From Balanoglossus misakiensis (taxonomy: Eukaryota; Animalia; Hemichordata), in assembly GCA_040954595.2 (NCBI GenBank), contig CM082582.2:868001-932000 (forward strand): a stretch of 64,000 bases of DNA, written 5' to 3'. The notes under the pieces were generated by a model. That model saw only the letters and a program-made list of their open reading frames with translations, made no database searches and was not told where the DNA came from. Both the position numbers and the translations under genes were made by a program. Shown here in pieces: positions 1-13,998 of this stretch. Numbering within the stretch: the stretch's first letter is position 1; the number at the start of each line of letters is the position of its first letter.

Positions 1-1218
1 ATGTAGCTTATGTCACGCCTGATATACTTTCAGCTAATATCGTGAATTGTATCTAGAATTTAGTATGCTATTTCCTATAGGTAATCTTTGTTAGTATTGT
101 TTAAATTGTGGCAAAATTTGTAATTTTTGGGAAATATAATTTTGTCATTTTTGGTCAAAAATCATTTTCTCTGAAACTCCATGTCAGGTCAGGTTGCATT
201 TAAATTTTGGTTTGCTTGTTCCATGAGGTAACCCAAGTAATGTTGTATATCATTTTGGTGAAATTTGCATATTTGTGGTCTTGAGGCAATTTTTGCAATT
301 TGTATTCTTTGAAACCGCATGTCAAATTGCTTTCAATTTTGGTAGGCATGTTCCTTGTGGTGATTGAAGTGAGATATTGTTGGATTTGTTGATATCTGAA
401 TTTTTGTGGTTGAGGCAGTTTTTGTCATTGTTGAAGAAATGTTGTTTTCACTGAAAATACTCCGATTCCTGTGAAATTGTATTAGGTTACCTGGTAGGTC
501 ATATCTGCTTGGCAATGTCACAGCGGTGTACACACCTATTTTTGTGTAATCCAAAGTGTGTAATAAGCTAGCAAATATTTACTAGTAAATCATGTATGTT
601 CTACTTCTTACAAGGTTGAAGTATGTTGATGTCTGGGTTAAATGGGATTCTTCAGAAACATACAATACAGAGTCTGTGGTACAGTTCATGGTCACATTCA
701 GAATTACCTAGTCTATATCCAGCCGTGTTCTGTCCGCTTTGCTTCCAAAAGTATCGTCTAGTGTCATGCATGCCACTTGCCCAATAATCTGACACCCCTT
801 GCTGGGAAATTTGATGTAACAAGTATCCCTTAGTGAAATTATTAACATAAATTGAACAATGTTGATTTGGCGTAAGATTATAGTGAAGGCAGGGCTTATT
901 ACATTGAAAATGCTATCCAGCCTTAATTACACATTATGAATATCCTTTGTCCAATCATTGGAAAAACAATGTACTTGCATAGCACTTTGAAGGTGAATCG
1001 CAAGTGGTCACTTTAATTACATTACCTCAAGCAGTCTTTTACATGTAGCTATAATAAGACAAACATTCCCGGTGTAATTAACATCACTGTTGTTATTAGT
1101 ATCTATCTCCGATAAGTATCAAGTCTGCCTTATGTTATTTTAAGTCAATTGTCAGGTTCATGTACATATTTTACAACTTATCTATCTTGTCAAAAACTTT
1201 CGCATGTACCTAATTCTA

Positions 1219-2416
1219 GGCTTACCAGTAGGGTTATAGATACAGTGTATTATATTAACATGCATTAATATGAAACTAAATGTTGATGGTTAATTAAAGA
1301 CCCCCTTGAGCTATGGTAACCTCATTAAATATGTGCATATCTTATTCTAGTGGATGTGGTAACCTGGACATGGACAACTCTGGGGTCAAAATCTTTTGAC
1401 AAACTTTTGGGTGATCTTGGGTAAACTTTGACCTACATTCCTATATCTTGGCATCCGGCACAGATACATCCTTGACACTTGGAGTTATGGAACTATGTAA
1501 TGGAATATTATGTCTTGCCTCATTAATTATGTACATACCTAATGCCAGCCTAACCAATAGGGCTGGAAGTCTGCCTTTTTTTGGACATGATACATTTGAG
1601 ATCAACATTTTTCTACAGCAGCCAGCCTTCTCTTAAAAAGAATGGACAATATAAAGGCTTTGCTGGTATACTGAACTTTGGACTCCCTCCCTGAGACTGT
1701 GTGCCAATGACGGGATAGCCTACTCAGCGTTGGGTAGATCCTAAGAAGGCCTCAGCCAGGCATCAGATACAAAAAGCGGAAATCCAAGCTTTAATGGTGG
1801 GTTACATCGTTAACTTCCCTGCAGAGCTGATTTCTCAGACTGTGAGCCAATGACGGGTAAAGCCCCTAGGTAGGGGCCACCTAAGACAGGCCGGTCATGC
1901 TTTAGTCACAAAGAAGGGCAAGTTCAGTCATACCATAACTTTGTCTGCTGTATATGCTTCATAATGATTGCATGGTATTTTGAGAATACATTGTCTTAAG
2001 GCAGTGTGACCAGCTAAAAAGTACTGGCAAACACAGCCAATGTGTAATAAAAAACATCTAATTTGGCTGAATAAAAGACATAAAACACAGCAAAAGCACT
2101 GTGACTAGCTGAGACATAATACTCCATTATGCATTTCCATCACTCCAAGTGTCAAGGTTGCATCTGCTCTGGATGCCAAGATATAGTAATGTTGGTCAAG
2201 GTTTACCCAAAGTCACCCAAAGTTCTGTCAAACAATTTTGACCCCAATGTTGTCCATGTTTAGGTTTCTCCCTCCACTGGATAGCCTACAATTAGATATG
2301 CAAATATTTAATGACATTACCATAGATTAAGGCGGTCCTAAATTAACCATGAAATTATAGTTTCATGTTAATTCTTGTTATTACAAAACACTGTATCTAT
2401 AACCCTTCTGGAAGCC
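1219..2416. repeat. Diverged long inverted repeat (arms ~1219-1510 and ~2118-2416) related to the ~235-bp internal subrepeat of the Helentron arm at 25.5-29.7 kb
   Basis: GGGTTATAGATACAGTG (1231) matches CACTGTATCTATAACCC (~2389) in reverse complement. GGGTAAACTTTGACC...CTTGGCATCC matches GGATGCCAAG...GGTCAAGGTTTACCC. The motifs CTCATTAAATATG and GGACATGGAC...GGGTCAAAA also occur in the 25.5-29 kb subrepeats. Confidence 0.7.
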
Positions 2417-3169
2417 ATACTTTGTTTCATGCTACCCAATATGTGAAAGTAGGTAAAAAATCAGCCAAGGTTATTTGAAATTTTGCTGAAAAAAATCCGG
2501 TCCCTGACATTTGGTAAAGGGGTCAAGACACTTGGCAACAAATTGTTGTCCCAGATTAGAACATATTCATAAAAAACTCAGGGAAAGAAGGAAGTTTTTC
2601 ACAGCTTTGGTGCTTCAAATAGTAGAGAGGTTCCCAAGTTATTTCAATGAAACCTTAATGTCAACATTACATCGTTAGACTCGAACTCATCTGGCATAAA
2701 GCTGCTAGTTAAAGCCCTAAGGGTTGTGCCACTTTTTCATTATTTTCATCTAAGATTTGTCAATCTAAATAAGCTTACTGCTAGGTATACATCTACATGA
2801 ACATCTTGTTGACTGACGATTGTGGCTGTAATTTAAAGAAGTCAGATATTTAACAGGTACCACACCTGTTTAATCTGCCTCTATACAAAGGGTACACATC
2901 TATAGTGGTATGCATCACCTAGATATGACAAACATAAGCACTTCAAGTAATATGGCTTTATGGTGGCGATTTGGAAGGATGTGGAGAAGATTTGAAAAAC
3001 ACTCTTGAGGAAAAAGATGTGTTAAATCTTTGAAATGTGTTTTATTCTTTGGTTCCCATTTCGTATATGTCTATCTACCACTGGGACCAATGTGAAATTG
3101 GTGGAAACTGGTCAAATTGCTTTAGAAATTGGTGTGTATTCATTTTGAGACCTCATGGATTTTTTTTAA

Positions 3170-3216
3170 TTTTTAGCTCACGTGAAAATCACGTGAGCTT
3201 ATGGTTTAGCGATGTC

Positions 3217-3247
<31 letters not shown>

Positions 3248-5527
3248 GTGTGTGTGTCTGTCTGTATACCCGATATCTCAAGAACCGCTGAACCGATTTC
3301 AACCAAATTTAGTACACAGGTTCAGATATCATATGGCAAGAACTGAAAAGGTTTTGGTGCGTGTGGCTTTGATATTAATGAAGTTATTTAAGTTTTAATT
3401 TTTCTATTACATGGTTGTCTATGTGAGCTTTCGTTAATGCCGCATATATGACCAGTGGAAACGATAGTTTGAGGAGATCGACTGTTTGAGGGCGCTGTGA
3501 AATGAGACATTCCTGGCGATATTGCCGTGGTTCTGTCCATGCTCAGACGCTGTACCCGTCGTTACGAATAACTTCCCTACGTGAATCCACAAGGAAGCTA
3601 ACGTTGTTTAGTTGCTTCATAGAGCGTAAATTGTTAATCTACAGGACCGTCAGACGAATACTCTTTTCAAATGAAGTTTGAAACTACTTACGAGTAAGTT
3701 AGTGGAGACAATATGGCGGATAGTTGGCATGCAGCCGAATCCGCGTTGTGACTATGACGTGACCCATTCATCAAGACAAACCGTAAATGATTCACGCATA
3801 TTGTGGTCCTCACGCAGTCAATCTCAAAATGTCACCAGGCTTTCTATTTGTCTATTGTTCAGAGAAAAATAACGTGGCGGTTGATCACACTCAACAGTAA
3901 AATCCGTTTTGTGAGTTTATAGACAGTCTGTTATCGCCAATACTATATAGCGATTGCTAGATGGCTCACCCAATATGTGATCGAGCGAGAATGATAACAT
4001 TGAATGTCTGTTCAGATCTCATTCCGTACGTCATACGTCAACATTTCGATTTCGATTTAATCCATTCATAAAGAATTTAGAGAAAGTCGTCTTGAATTGT
4101 GACCCCGACTATCAATTTTACGATGATTTTTTGGCGACGGAATACACGAGGCGCCATTGCATAACTACGTCAGCTGGACTTCCAAGGTTACCATTTTGTG
4201 TGTATGGAATCTTATCACAGAGACTACGTACTTTGACAATATGCCATGCTATATCAATGACGCCCCAGAAAATTTGGCGAAAAATGAATTTGTCTTCTCA
4301 TGGTGGTGCAATATATTTTAATGTCTATTTTGAGGTTGATTTTGGTTTTTGGCTAACATGTATATCAATGTCAGCTTATAGCATAAGTTGGTGTCCGTCG
4401 TCTATGTATGTCTGTATGTGTGCCTCATACAGAATTATGTATTTTGCGAATGGATCAGTTTCGTCTAAATGTATTGATGTATGTATGTGTATGTCCATCA
4501 ACATCAAAAACTTGAAACTACTGATATTTAGTGTGTACATAGAAATTGTTATTGCGAAAAAATGCATACTGGTATTAACTGGAAAAATGTTCAAATAGTC
4601 AAAATTGAAAAACTTAATAACAGCGGATCAGATTCAGTTTAAAATTGGCGTGCATTGGTGTGCAAGAACTATGGGAAGACCTCGTATGATTTTGTTCAGG
4701 TGGAGTCAGTATCTGGCGTTTGCTATTTTTTATGAATTTTTGGGGGAATTTTCTGCAGTTTTGTTAAAAAAAATTCTTCTCTGAAATTACATGTCCAATT
4801 GATTGGAAACTTGGTATGGAGGTTCATAGGGCTTACCTGAATCACATTTGTGCAAACGGTGGTGAAATTTGCAAAAATGCATTTTTGGGCAATATTTCCT
4901 GTTTTTGTCAAAAAATCAAATCCCGTGAAACTGTAAGTGCAATTGTTTTGATACTTTGTATTTGGGTTTCTAGGGGTGATCTCAGTCAGATATGATCAAA
5001 TTGTAAAGAAATTTGCATAATTGTATTTTTTGGGAATTCTGCAGGGTTTGGCAAAATAGTCTTCAGTAAAACCACAAGTCCAATTGATTGGAAACTTTGA
5101 ATGGGAATTCATATATGTGATATCAGTCAGATTTGTCTGAATTACCTGTTGTTTGCCAAAATGTCTTCCTTATTGAAACTTGTTAAAGAGGTTCTTAGGC
5201 ATGAACAGAAATCAGATTTGTTGAAATCTGGTGAAATATTCATACTTTTTGGTATATTTCTTGCCATTTTTGATCAACGAGTTTTAGAATTCCATAGACT
5301 TATCTTTTTATGCAGTTCAGGATGGGGTACATGACTCATAACCCCTTACAAAAATTGACAAGGCAACAATTCCACAAACATGTTTACATTTCACAATGGT
5401 GCAACACACAACCCTTACACCATATACACTATAAACCAAATTGGTTTAACACTGGTTTTTCTAATCTTGTTATTCTGTCAACCAATCACAGTACTGCACG
5501 TGAGCATATTCAGTTAATATCTGGTTT
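3170..5527 (+). mobile_element. Non-autonomous Helentron-associated element (HINE/DINE-1-like), with a second degenerate left end nested at ~4347
   Basis: A T-run is followed by the hairpin AGCTCACGTGA-aaa-TCACGTGAGCT (3175-3199) and a (TG)n/(TGTA)n microsatellite. The matching 3' subterminal repeat CACGTGAGC (5497-5505) is followed by a small stem-loop and T-rich end. A second degenerate hairpin plus microsatellite lies at ~4347-4425. Confidence 0.65.
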
Positions 5528-6651
5528 GAAGTATATTTTTGGGGTGATTTTGGTCAAATACTCAAAAACCTCTACTCACAGTTCTTTGAAATTTGGTTTG
5601 CAGGTTCCTAGGTGTGTTATCACGACATTTTAACAAATCCTATGATGGAAGTGTCAATATAGTTTTTGTGGACAATTTTTGCCATTTTTGTTTGATTGCT
5701 TTGCAATTTTTTGTTTTGCAGTTTCCAGGGGATTTTTTACTGTGATATATCATAAATGTTCTGAAAATGAAAAAATTGTATTTTCGGGGCATAAAAAAAA
5801 TTCTCAGAAAGTGCATGGTTGATCACTGTAAAAGTTTAGTTGTGAGTTAATGATATGTGCTTCTTTAGAATGATAATTGAATCAAATCATAGCTGAATTA
5901 GTTTTTTTGTTTATTTTGTTTGATATTTTTTCCTTATACCTCAAAAATTGTTATTATAAAAGGGAAATTACCATTACATAGTTGTTTGCAATTAAGGAGG
6001 ACCCCCTCCCCCACTGAAAATCGTATACACCTTGATCTCTCTATGTCTGTATTCATGTCTGTATGTATGTTTTACAAATGTATGCTCCCAATAAGAGTGA
6101 AATGATTTTTTTTATCGTAATACTTCTAAAGTGATTATTTCCTATGAGATATGCAGTCTTATTACCTAATCGTTTCTGAAATTCTACCTCATGCTGTGTA
6201 TGAAAAGTCTAATATATGTCATTGTCAAGATCCCCAAAACAGGCTGATATAGTATCACATAACATTTGATAAAAGTATCCCAAACAGTGTGGCAATTTTG
6301 GTATACAGAAAAAAAAACACTAGAATGACAACAGCTACATGTATGTAGGCTAGCAATAGGAACACAGATAACAATTCTCCATATTCATTTTTAAATACGA
6401 TAAGATTCGCTGAAATTGGCACATCTGTGTGCAGGCAAAGTCAGTTCCAACTCAGCTTGCAAATCGGACCAATGTCTCTTGTTCGCTGAGACTGTATGGT
6501 TCTAGTAATAGCTGTAAGAACTTGATCATTGACCAAACTCTTGGTTCAATTTTGCAACATTTTATGATTTCAAGCTGTACATATTTAACTCCGTTTCAAC
6601 TATAGTTGGAGGGATAATAATGGAGCCATTTCACTGACAAAATAGCGCTTA

Positions 6652-7474
6652 GGGACCATTCAGTTTTTACGGTGGGGGGAGGCTGGCAAAATCCAGGGGG
6701 TCACTTAAATTTTGAAATCCAAAAGAGGGAGTCATCTTTTTTTCAAACGTTTAGGGGGGAGGTCATATACATGTACCCACCGATGCTAACTTTGAGTGTA
6801 GTGGTAACAGTAAAATTGGTCCTTTCAAACATTGAGATAATTTGCTTTTGACTTCATTAAAATGCAACTTTGAGCTACATATTTTACAAAGTTTTCTTAT
6901 GTGGAAGGGGGACATCCCCTCCCACACCCATCCCCTTATTTCTTCGCCACATATAGTGTACCAGGGCAGAATACTTGCCATCCCACCCCCACTGATGTTA
7001 ACTTTGAGTGGCAAAAGTCAAATTTGTCCTCCCCAACATTAAGTTAATTTGCCTTTGAGTTCATTAAAATGCATTAATTGTATTTTACAAAATTGTCCTA
7101 CGTACACCCACCCCTTCCACTTTTCTTGTTTTACCAATTCTACCAACTATTGTATTGACGTGTCCTTTTAATTTATCCATAGACCTTCTTTATTGCAACG
7201 CTATACTATTATACACTTCAAATTATACATTTCTTTAAGAAATTTAGAATTGAGGTGTGAGGAGACCCTTTACCTTTATTGCATACAGTCAGTGTACATA
7301 AGATACGGATGGCAAATGTTTTCGGGGTGGGAGGAGGGTCATCATATTTTGGTCCTGTCAAAGGGGGGGGGGGTCATCATTTTTTTGGTCCTGGTTGAAG
7401 GGGGTGTCGGCCTGATTTTGAAAACCAATGACACAAACTTTTGCCCCCCCCCTCCACCAAAACTGAACAGTCCC
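6652..7474. mobile_element. PIF/Harbinger-like MITE
   Basis: TIRs GGGACCATTCAGTTTT / AAAACTGAACAGTCCC, with TTA on both sides (6649-6651, 7475-7477). A related uninterrupted sequence occurs at ~9920-10025. The same left end recurs at 59964. Confidence 0.7.
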
Positions 7475-7812
7475 TTACTAAAGGACATCAATGTCTGTTT
7501 ACAGTCAAATGCATTGCCATCAGAAAAAAAAATGCAAACAATTTCTTATGTTTGTAGTACGCACTTTTTGTATATCTGTAAACTGTGTCTCAGTTGTGAA
7601 ATTCTAAGGAAATTTGTTCCTTGGGTAGAATAAAGGATTCTTAAACAAACTTAGTCACGAAAGCTAAATGGTTACCTCAGAGAAACTGTGTTAAATTTGG
7701 TCATCATTGTTTTAAATCACACAAGACATTCCCACAGCTAAGTTACTGCAGCAGTCAGTTTCAACTCAGCTTGCAAATTGGGATCATGTCTTGTGTTCAT
7801 CGAGACTGTCTG

Positions 7813-9881
7813 TAGTCGAGTTGACAGTCACTACAACTGTACTGCAAATATGGCAGGGTTGGGCAACTCTTCTAATTTGCATTTGAACACCTTTTCTGTT
7901 TGCGTCAAAATGATGAATAATGTTTCGTTTTCAAGAATGCCTTAATATGGGCACCCAATACAAGACAACTGCATTGCAAATGGCATTTTCATTCAACTCT
8001 CCTGGGTACCTAAAACAATTTCAACATGGTTGACATGGCAATATTAGACAACTGTTCTAATTTGCATAATCCAAAATGGCCGCCAAATTTCTCTAACATG
8101 TTAATTTCCCATATTTGTTTTAAATGGTGTGTAATATCGAATTTGCAGGGTTTCCATTAATATGGGTACCTAAAACAATTTCAACATGGTTGACATGGCA
8201 ATATTAGACAACTGATCTAATTTGCATAATTCAAACACCTGCTGGATAATTTAACTTTTGCCATTCTTGTCCCATGATTGTATGTATTATATCTCATAAC
8301 AGGCAATTAAGTGTGCTAATTGTCAAGCCAATCTTAATTCTTCATCTGCACCACAAATCAGATGCAAGGTTTAGGACTGGGAGTGTATGTGGGAGCAGCA
8401 TATAGGGGCCTACAGGTATCTTTAATGGCAAGTCCTCGGTTAAAACCAGAAGGTTTTCAGGTTGTAGGCCTCTATTGTATCTACAACAGTTTCTATCACC
8501 TCCATCCCACTGGCCGGCACCCGAGGGGGGGGGGGGTACTTGAAATTTTTTCGGATGGTAGTCTGTCGCCCCAGTCGATAACATCAACACGTGTAAATGC
8601 CCAAAACCCGACCTATTTGTATTATAAGTCAAATTTTCTGGTCATTTACCCCAAGTTTTTCTTAAAGACTACATACCTATACACCTTTGTATGGGAGAAC
8701 ACATCCCCCACCCCCCTGCCAACACTAATTGGACAACTTTATTCTTGTTATACTTCTTTATAAGTCTAAATGTTCAGTAAGAAAAGGCAACAAGTTATTG
8801 AAGCTGCTGACCATGGAAACTATGATGAAGTATATTTTTTTCCTAGCTGTACATGTACAGTATAATTGGCCCAATGTACCAATTGGAGATGTGTGCCTTA
8901 CAAGCAACACAGGTTGTATATCCAAGCCTTGTCTGTTGGCACTATGAAGGGTATTGGAAGAATGTCTCTGCTGGCCACTTTGGCCAGCCACTTTTGGCCA
9001 GCAGACTATCAAAAGGGTCAAGAAAATAGCCCTAAAAGGTATGGCACTGTATGCAAATCTAGTGCAGGAGTGGATTGATACATTTCCCATCACTGTACAT
9101 GCATCATCCTGTATGGATGATATGTACTCTAGCATTATGCACCAGATAAAAATGGTCAAAATTGCAAAAAAAAGGAGATGAAACTCCCACTGGCCTTTAA
9201 CGCAATCCATAGATAAAGAGACAACATGTTCAGGCATTGGCTCTAAACATGGTGGATACTGACGAGGGTGTGGTGAATGATGGTGAATCCCTGGATGTTT
9301 TGAGGTCGGAATTCTGAAAAGGATTCCCATCGTGAGATTGAGGAACAGGATGATGCAGAGGGGCTGGCTCTTTGTGACTCCTATCAGTGGGGATAGACAT
9401 ATATTTGGGATACAGAGGTTGCACTTCCTTGCTTCATGATTAGTACGGTAACACTGCCAAATTTGCAACACAGTTGTATTGTTAAAGGTACCCATATGAA
9501 TGTGCTAATCCTGAAAATACGCGATATTGCGCATCATTTTGGGAAACATGGCAAAATTTCACTTTTAGTGGTGATTGGCGGCCATTTTTGATTATGCAAA
9601 ATAGAAAAGTTGCCAAACACTGCCATATTTGCAATACATAACCAATATGGATGCAAATCCTGAAATTTTAGATATTACACATAATTTGAGAAAAAAGGGC
9701 CAAGTTTTATTTTAGAGAAGGTATTTGGCGGCCATTTTTGATCATGCATATTAGAAGAATTGTCCAACATTGCCATTTTGGCAACTCAGCTGGAATAGGT
9801 CTAGGCTCCCATATGAATGCCAATAAGCAAAAAACTTCATAGGAAAGAAAATTTCTAGGTAGGAAAATTTTGACTCAACTT
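7813..9881 (+). mobile_element. Degenerate Academ-like DNA transposon relic
   Basis: Termini TAGTCGAGTT / GACTCAACTT are flanked by a CTG duplication (7810-7812, 9882-9884). The paralogous segment at ~6487-6520 reads through without the insertion. Subterminal repeats are inverted (AAAATGGCCGCCAAAT at ~8074 vs ATTTGGCGGCCATTTT at ~9723). Broken coding traces at 8.9-9.4 kb (IQALS...MKGIGR, Cys-rich segment, acidic tail) resemble the C-terminus of Academ transposases; the family call is inference. Confidence 0.5.
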
Positions 9882-10275
9882 CTGGTTCTAATAATAGGTG
9901 TAAGGATGTGATCGTTTGATTTTGCAACATTTTACAATTTCAAGCTGTGTGTATTTAACTCTGGTGCAATTCTGGTTGGAGAGACAAATGGCTTAAGCCA
10001 TTTAATTGAAAATATAGCACTACTTCACCAGGGTTGTGCAGTACCTTTGACAACGCTTTGAACAATGTTGCAAAAAGCTTTGTGTTGAAGCTTGCTACAA
10101 GACTTGGCGTGCTGAAGCCTCTTATACTAGTCTTAGTTGAACCTCAGCTGTAACTCCGTTTGTGAAACCTTAACATTCAAATCTTTGGCCAAAGTTAGTG
10201 TTGCAAAGCTTCTTCAAAGTTTTGTGAACCTCAACAATGCTTTTCTATAGAAACCTTTAAACATGCGGGGGGGGG

Positions 10276-10400
10276 TGTAGTATTCTGACAGCTACGATCA
10301 ATATAGCGCCCTCTAGTGTTGCATTGTTGGTGTTCCACTTGTTTATGAATTGCTGTACGACGTCACTTCCGCCCAGATAAGGCGAAGCACATTGTTGAGT
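10276..10400 (+). repeat. 5' LTR, truncated to 125 bp
   Basis: Identical to 13999-14123 except one C/T difference. It joins directly to gag coding sequence; the LTR 3' end and PBS are absent. Confidence 0.92.
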
Positions 10401-13400
10401 TGATATGGGGGATCTGTCACCAAGAAATACAGAAGAAACTTATTGGGCGTGATGAGAAACTGACCTTGAAGGAGGCGCTCGATATAGCTAGAGGTCACGA
10501 AGCCACAACAAAACACATGAAAACGCTCACAAATTGCCATATTGCTAATCCTGTGGATAGCAAAGCTGTCAACGCAGTAAAAAGGCAGCCCAACAAGACA
10601 CACCCCAAACAATGTAAGCATTGCGGAAAAAAGCATGACACCTCAGTGAAAAGTAACTGCCCAGCATATGGCTCGAAATGCCGAAATTGTGGGAAACCTA
10701 ATCACTGGCAGGCGGTATGCCGTTCCAAAACCAGCTCAAGCGAACCGAAGTCACAGCAGAGACGAGGTGGAAAACCAATCCATAATGTGACACGCTCGAG
10801 CAGCAACATGCATCAAATAGATGATGAAGTCCTAGATGTTGGAACTATCGAAATAAATGCATTGGACAACATCAACAGACAAGAAGAAATATACACGAAA
10901 CTGACAATCACACAGAGCGAAAAGAAAAGGAAAGTAGCACTGAGATGCAAGTTTGATACCGGTGCACAGAGCAATATACTGCCCCTCTGCCTTTTCAAGA
11001 TCATATTTCCAGAGAAACTGGATAAACACGGAAATCCAAAACGCGGGCACTTGAAGGAAAATAAAACAATCCTTACCGCATATGGAGGTTCCAAAATCAA
11101 ACAGCTTGGCACCATCGTCATTCCATGTGAACATAGAGAGAGGAAAATCAGATGCCTCTTCTATGTAACTGACGCCGCAGGCCCAGCCATTTTAGGGTTA
11201 AAGGCAAGCAGAGCCTTAAACCTGATACAAATAAACTGTTCAGTAGAAGCCATACAAGTGCAGGCGAGCCCAGAGTGCAAGACAGCACAGCCTGGAAGAA
11301 ATGTGGAAGTGGAAAAGAGAAAGATGAACGAACAGAAGCCAGCAGGAAGAAACAGAAACCCTGCAGATGACTACATAGACAGTAATACACCCATCAGGGA
11401 CCGCCCTCCCATAAAGAACAAAGAACAGTTGCTGAGGATGTACCCTGATTGCTTTGACGACGTGGTCGGATGTTTTGAAAACTACACATACCACATCACT
11501 CTTGATCCAGAAGTACAACCAGTAGTACACCCTGCCCGCAGAGTTCTATTAGAACTAATGGATAGACTCAAAACCGAGCTGCAGGAGATGGAAGATAAGC
11601 AAATCATCGCCAAAGTGAACCAGCCTACGAACTGGGTCAATTCTCTTGTTGTCCGGGAGAAAGACAATGGAAGACTTCGCATTTGTCTGGACCCGAAGGA
11701 CTTGAACAAAGCCATTAAAAGGGATCATTACCCTACACCCACATTGGAGGAGATTACCCCAAAGTTGGCAGGCGCAACACTTTTCAGCAAGCTAGACGCG
11801 CGGAACGGATACTGGAATGTAAAGATCGATGAAGAATCATCCTTCCTGACGACCTTTAACACACCATATGGCCGTTACAGATTCCTACGAATGCCATTTG
11901 GGCTAAGGATGAGCCAAGATGTGTTTCAATTCAAAATTGATGAAACATACAGAGAGTGTGAAGGTGCAGTCGGCATTGCAGACGATATACAAGTCTTCGG
12001 ATCAGGAGAGCGACACCATGACCTGCATCTACACTTGCTTACTACGACCGTAAGAAGCCTGTCACTCTACAAGTCGACGCATCGGGAAAGGGAATCGGAG
12101 CGGTGCTCATACAGGAACAGAGACCTATAGCATTTGCGTCCAAGGCCCTGACACCAGCGGAAACCCGATACGCCAATATAGAAAGAGAACTACTCGCGGT
12201 AGTCTACGGATGTGAGAAGTTTCGCACATATCTCTACGGCAGAAGTTTCATAGTAGAGAGTGATCATCGACCGTTGGAGCAAATTCAGAGGAAGAATTTG
12301 ACCAAGGCACCACCCCAATTACAGAGAATGCTGTTGCGCATACAGCCGTATGATTTCACCATACACTACAAGCCAGGCAAACAGATGATACTTGCCGACG
12401 CACTATGTAGACTGTCACCACAAGATCAGAACGAAATCAGTGACATGAAAGTCTAGATACACCACCTGGTGAAGATCACACCAATGAGACAGATGGAGAT
12501 CAAAGAAGAAACTACCAAAGATGAAATTCTTCAATTATTGATCGAGCAAGTCCTGAAAGGATGGCCAGATAGCATCAAGGACATTCACGCTGATATTCGA
12601 CCCTACTGGTCTATTCGAGACGATATCGCTATCGAAGATGGTATTATCCTGATAGGCAGCCGACTCCTCATACCAGCAGTAATGAGAGATGAAATGCTAC
12701 AACGCATTCATAGCAGTCACCTGGGGATTGAGAAATGCAAGCTGAGAGCCAGATCCAGCGTGTACTGGCCTGGAATTTGTAAAGATATAGAGAGACTAGT
12801 AACAGGATGCAACGCGTGCCAGAAATTCCAGAATTCCCAGCAGAAGGAACCGATGATTCCAATGGAAATTCCACCACGACCGTGGCACACAATTGGAGCA
12901 GACCTATTCTACGTGAACCAAACATGGTACATGATAGTTGCTGACTACTACTCCAAGTTCCCCTTCATTAGGAAACTTGAAGACCTCAGAGCCAGTACCA
13001 TTATGAGAGCCCTCCGAATTCTATTTGCAGAGCAAGGAATACCCGAGAAACTAGTTTGTGACAACGGATCTCAGTTTACAGCTAGAGACTTCCACAGCCT
13101 AACTGAGAAGTATGGTTTTGCGATAGTCACATCATCACCATACTATCCCAAAGGGCACGGTTTTATCGAGCGACATGTACAGACCGTGAAGAACATCCTG
13201 ATGAAGTGCAAAGAGTCCGGAGATGATCCGAATCTAGCATTGTTGGCACTTCGCGCGACTCCATTGAAGTCCAACATACCATCACCAGCTGAGTTGCTGA
13301 ACAGCAGAGCATACAAGACAACTCTCCCAGCCAAAATTCACCCAGCAAGAAACGGGGAGGAAGTTCGTCAATACCTGACATCTCAACAGCAGGCCCAGAC

Positions 13401-13779
13401 TTCCAGCCACGACCAGCACTCCAGACAACTACCAGAATTGCTGACAGGTCAACAAGTCCATGTACAAAGCCCAATCAGCAAAACATGGAGTCCAGCGAGA
13501 GTTGTAGCCCCAGCAAACACACCTAGGTCCTACACCGTGAAGTTAGACAACGGGAAACAAATGCGACGCAACAGGATCCACATGAAACCAGTCAGCGCAG
13601 AACTGAAACCAGCACAGACAGGGATGGATCAACACAATATTGCACCAGCAGTCACAGACGGAACACCGCCTCAACAACCCGCAATGCCAGCGTCACCAGC
13701 CCAAGAATCGTTGAGATCAACACGAACCAGAACAAATATACAAAAGCCGTCTCGATACAAAGATTATGTGACTGATTGA
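10400..13779 (+). pseudogene. pol: gag-pol polyprotein remnant: zinc knuckles, aspartic protease, RT, RNase H, integrase
   Basis: Motifs CKHCGKKH..C and CRNCGKPNHWQAVC; FDTGA; LDARNGYW, RMPFGL, IADD; RNase H QVDAS...ERELLAV...ESDHRPL; integrase HSSH...CNAC, GADLF, CDNG, IERHVQ. A deletion/frameshift at ~12034 joins RT to LAYYDRKKPVTLQVDAS. There is an in-frame TAG at 12454-12456. Confidence 0.93.
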
Positions 13780-13998
13780 TAGCTTTTTCTGATATTGAGA
13801 TACGCCATTTGTTCCACAGAAAGTTGAGTTATACAGAGGAAAATTTATCACATTTTTCCCAGAGTATTTTTCATGTTCGTTGCGTTTGATTTTGACAAAG
13901 ACTGATTCAAGATGAATGCAGAGTTTGCACAGGACAATTCACAGTGACATTCGTATTCAAAAAGAGTTTTGAAACAATTTATCTTAAAAAAGAGGGGA

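Noticed and set aside
1691-1900. SECIS elements (ATGA...AA)
   Set aside because: Only ~5 nt separate ATGA from the A-run, the helix II geometry does not fit, and no selenoprotein ORF is visible.
8758-9495. 245-aa minus-strand ORF
   Set aside because: No recognisable motifs; it is antisense to the decayed transposase-like traces.
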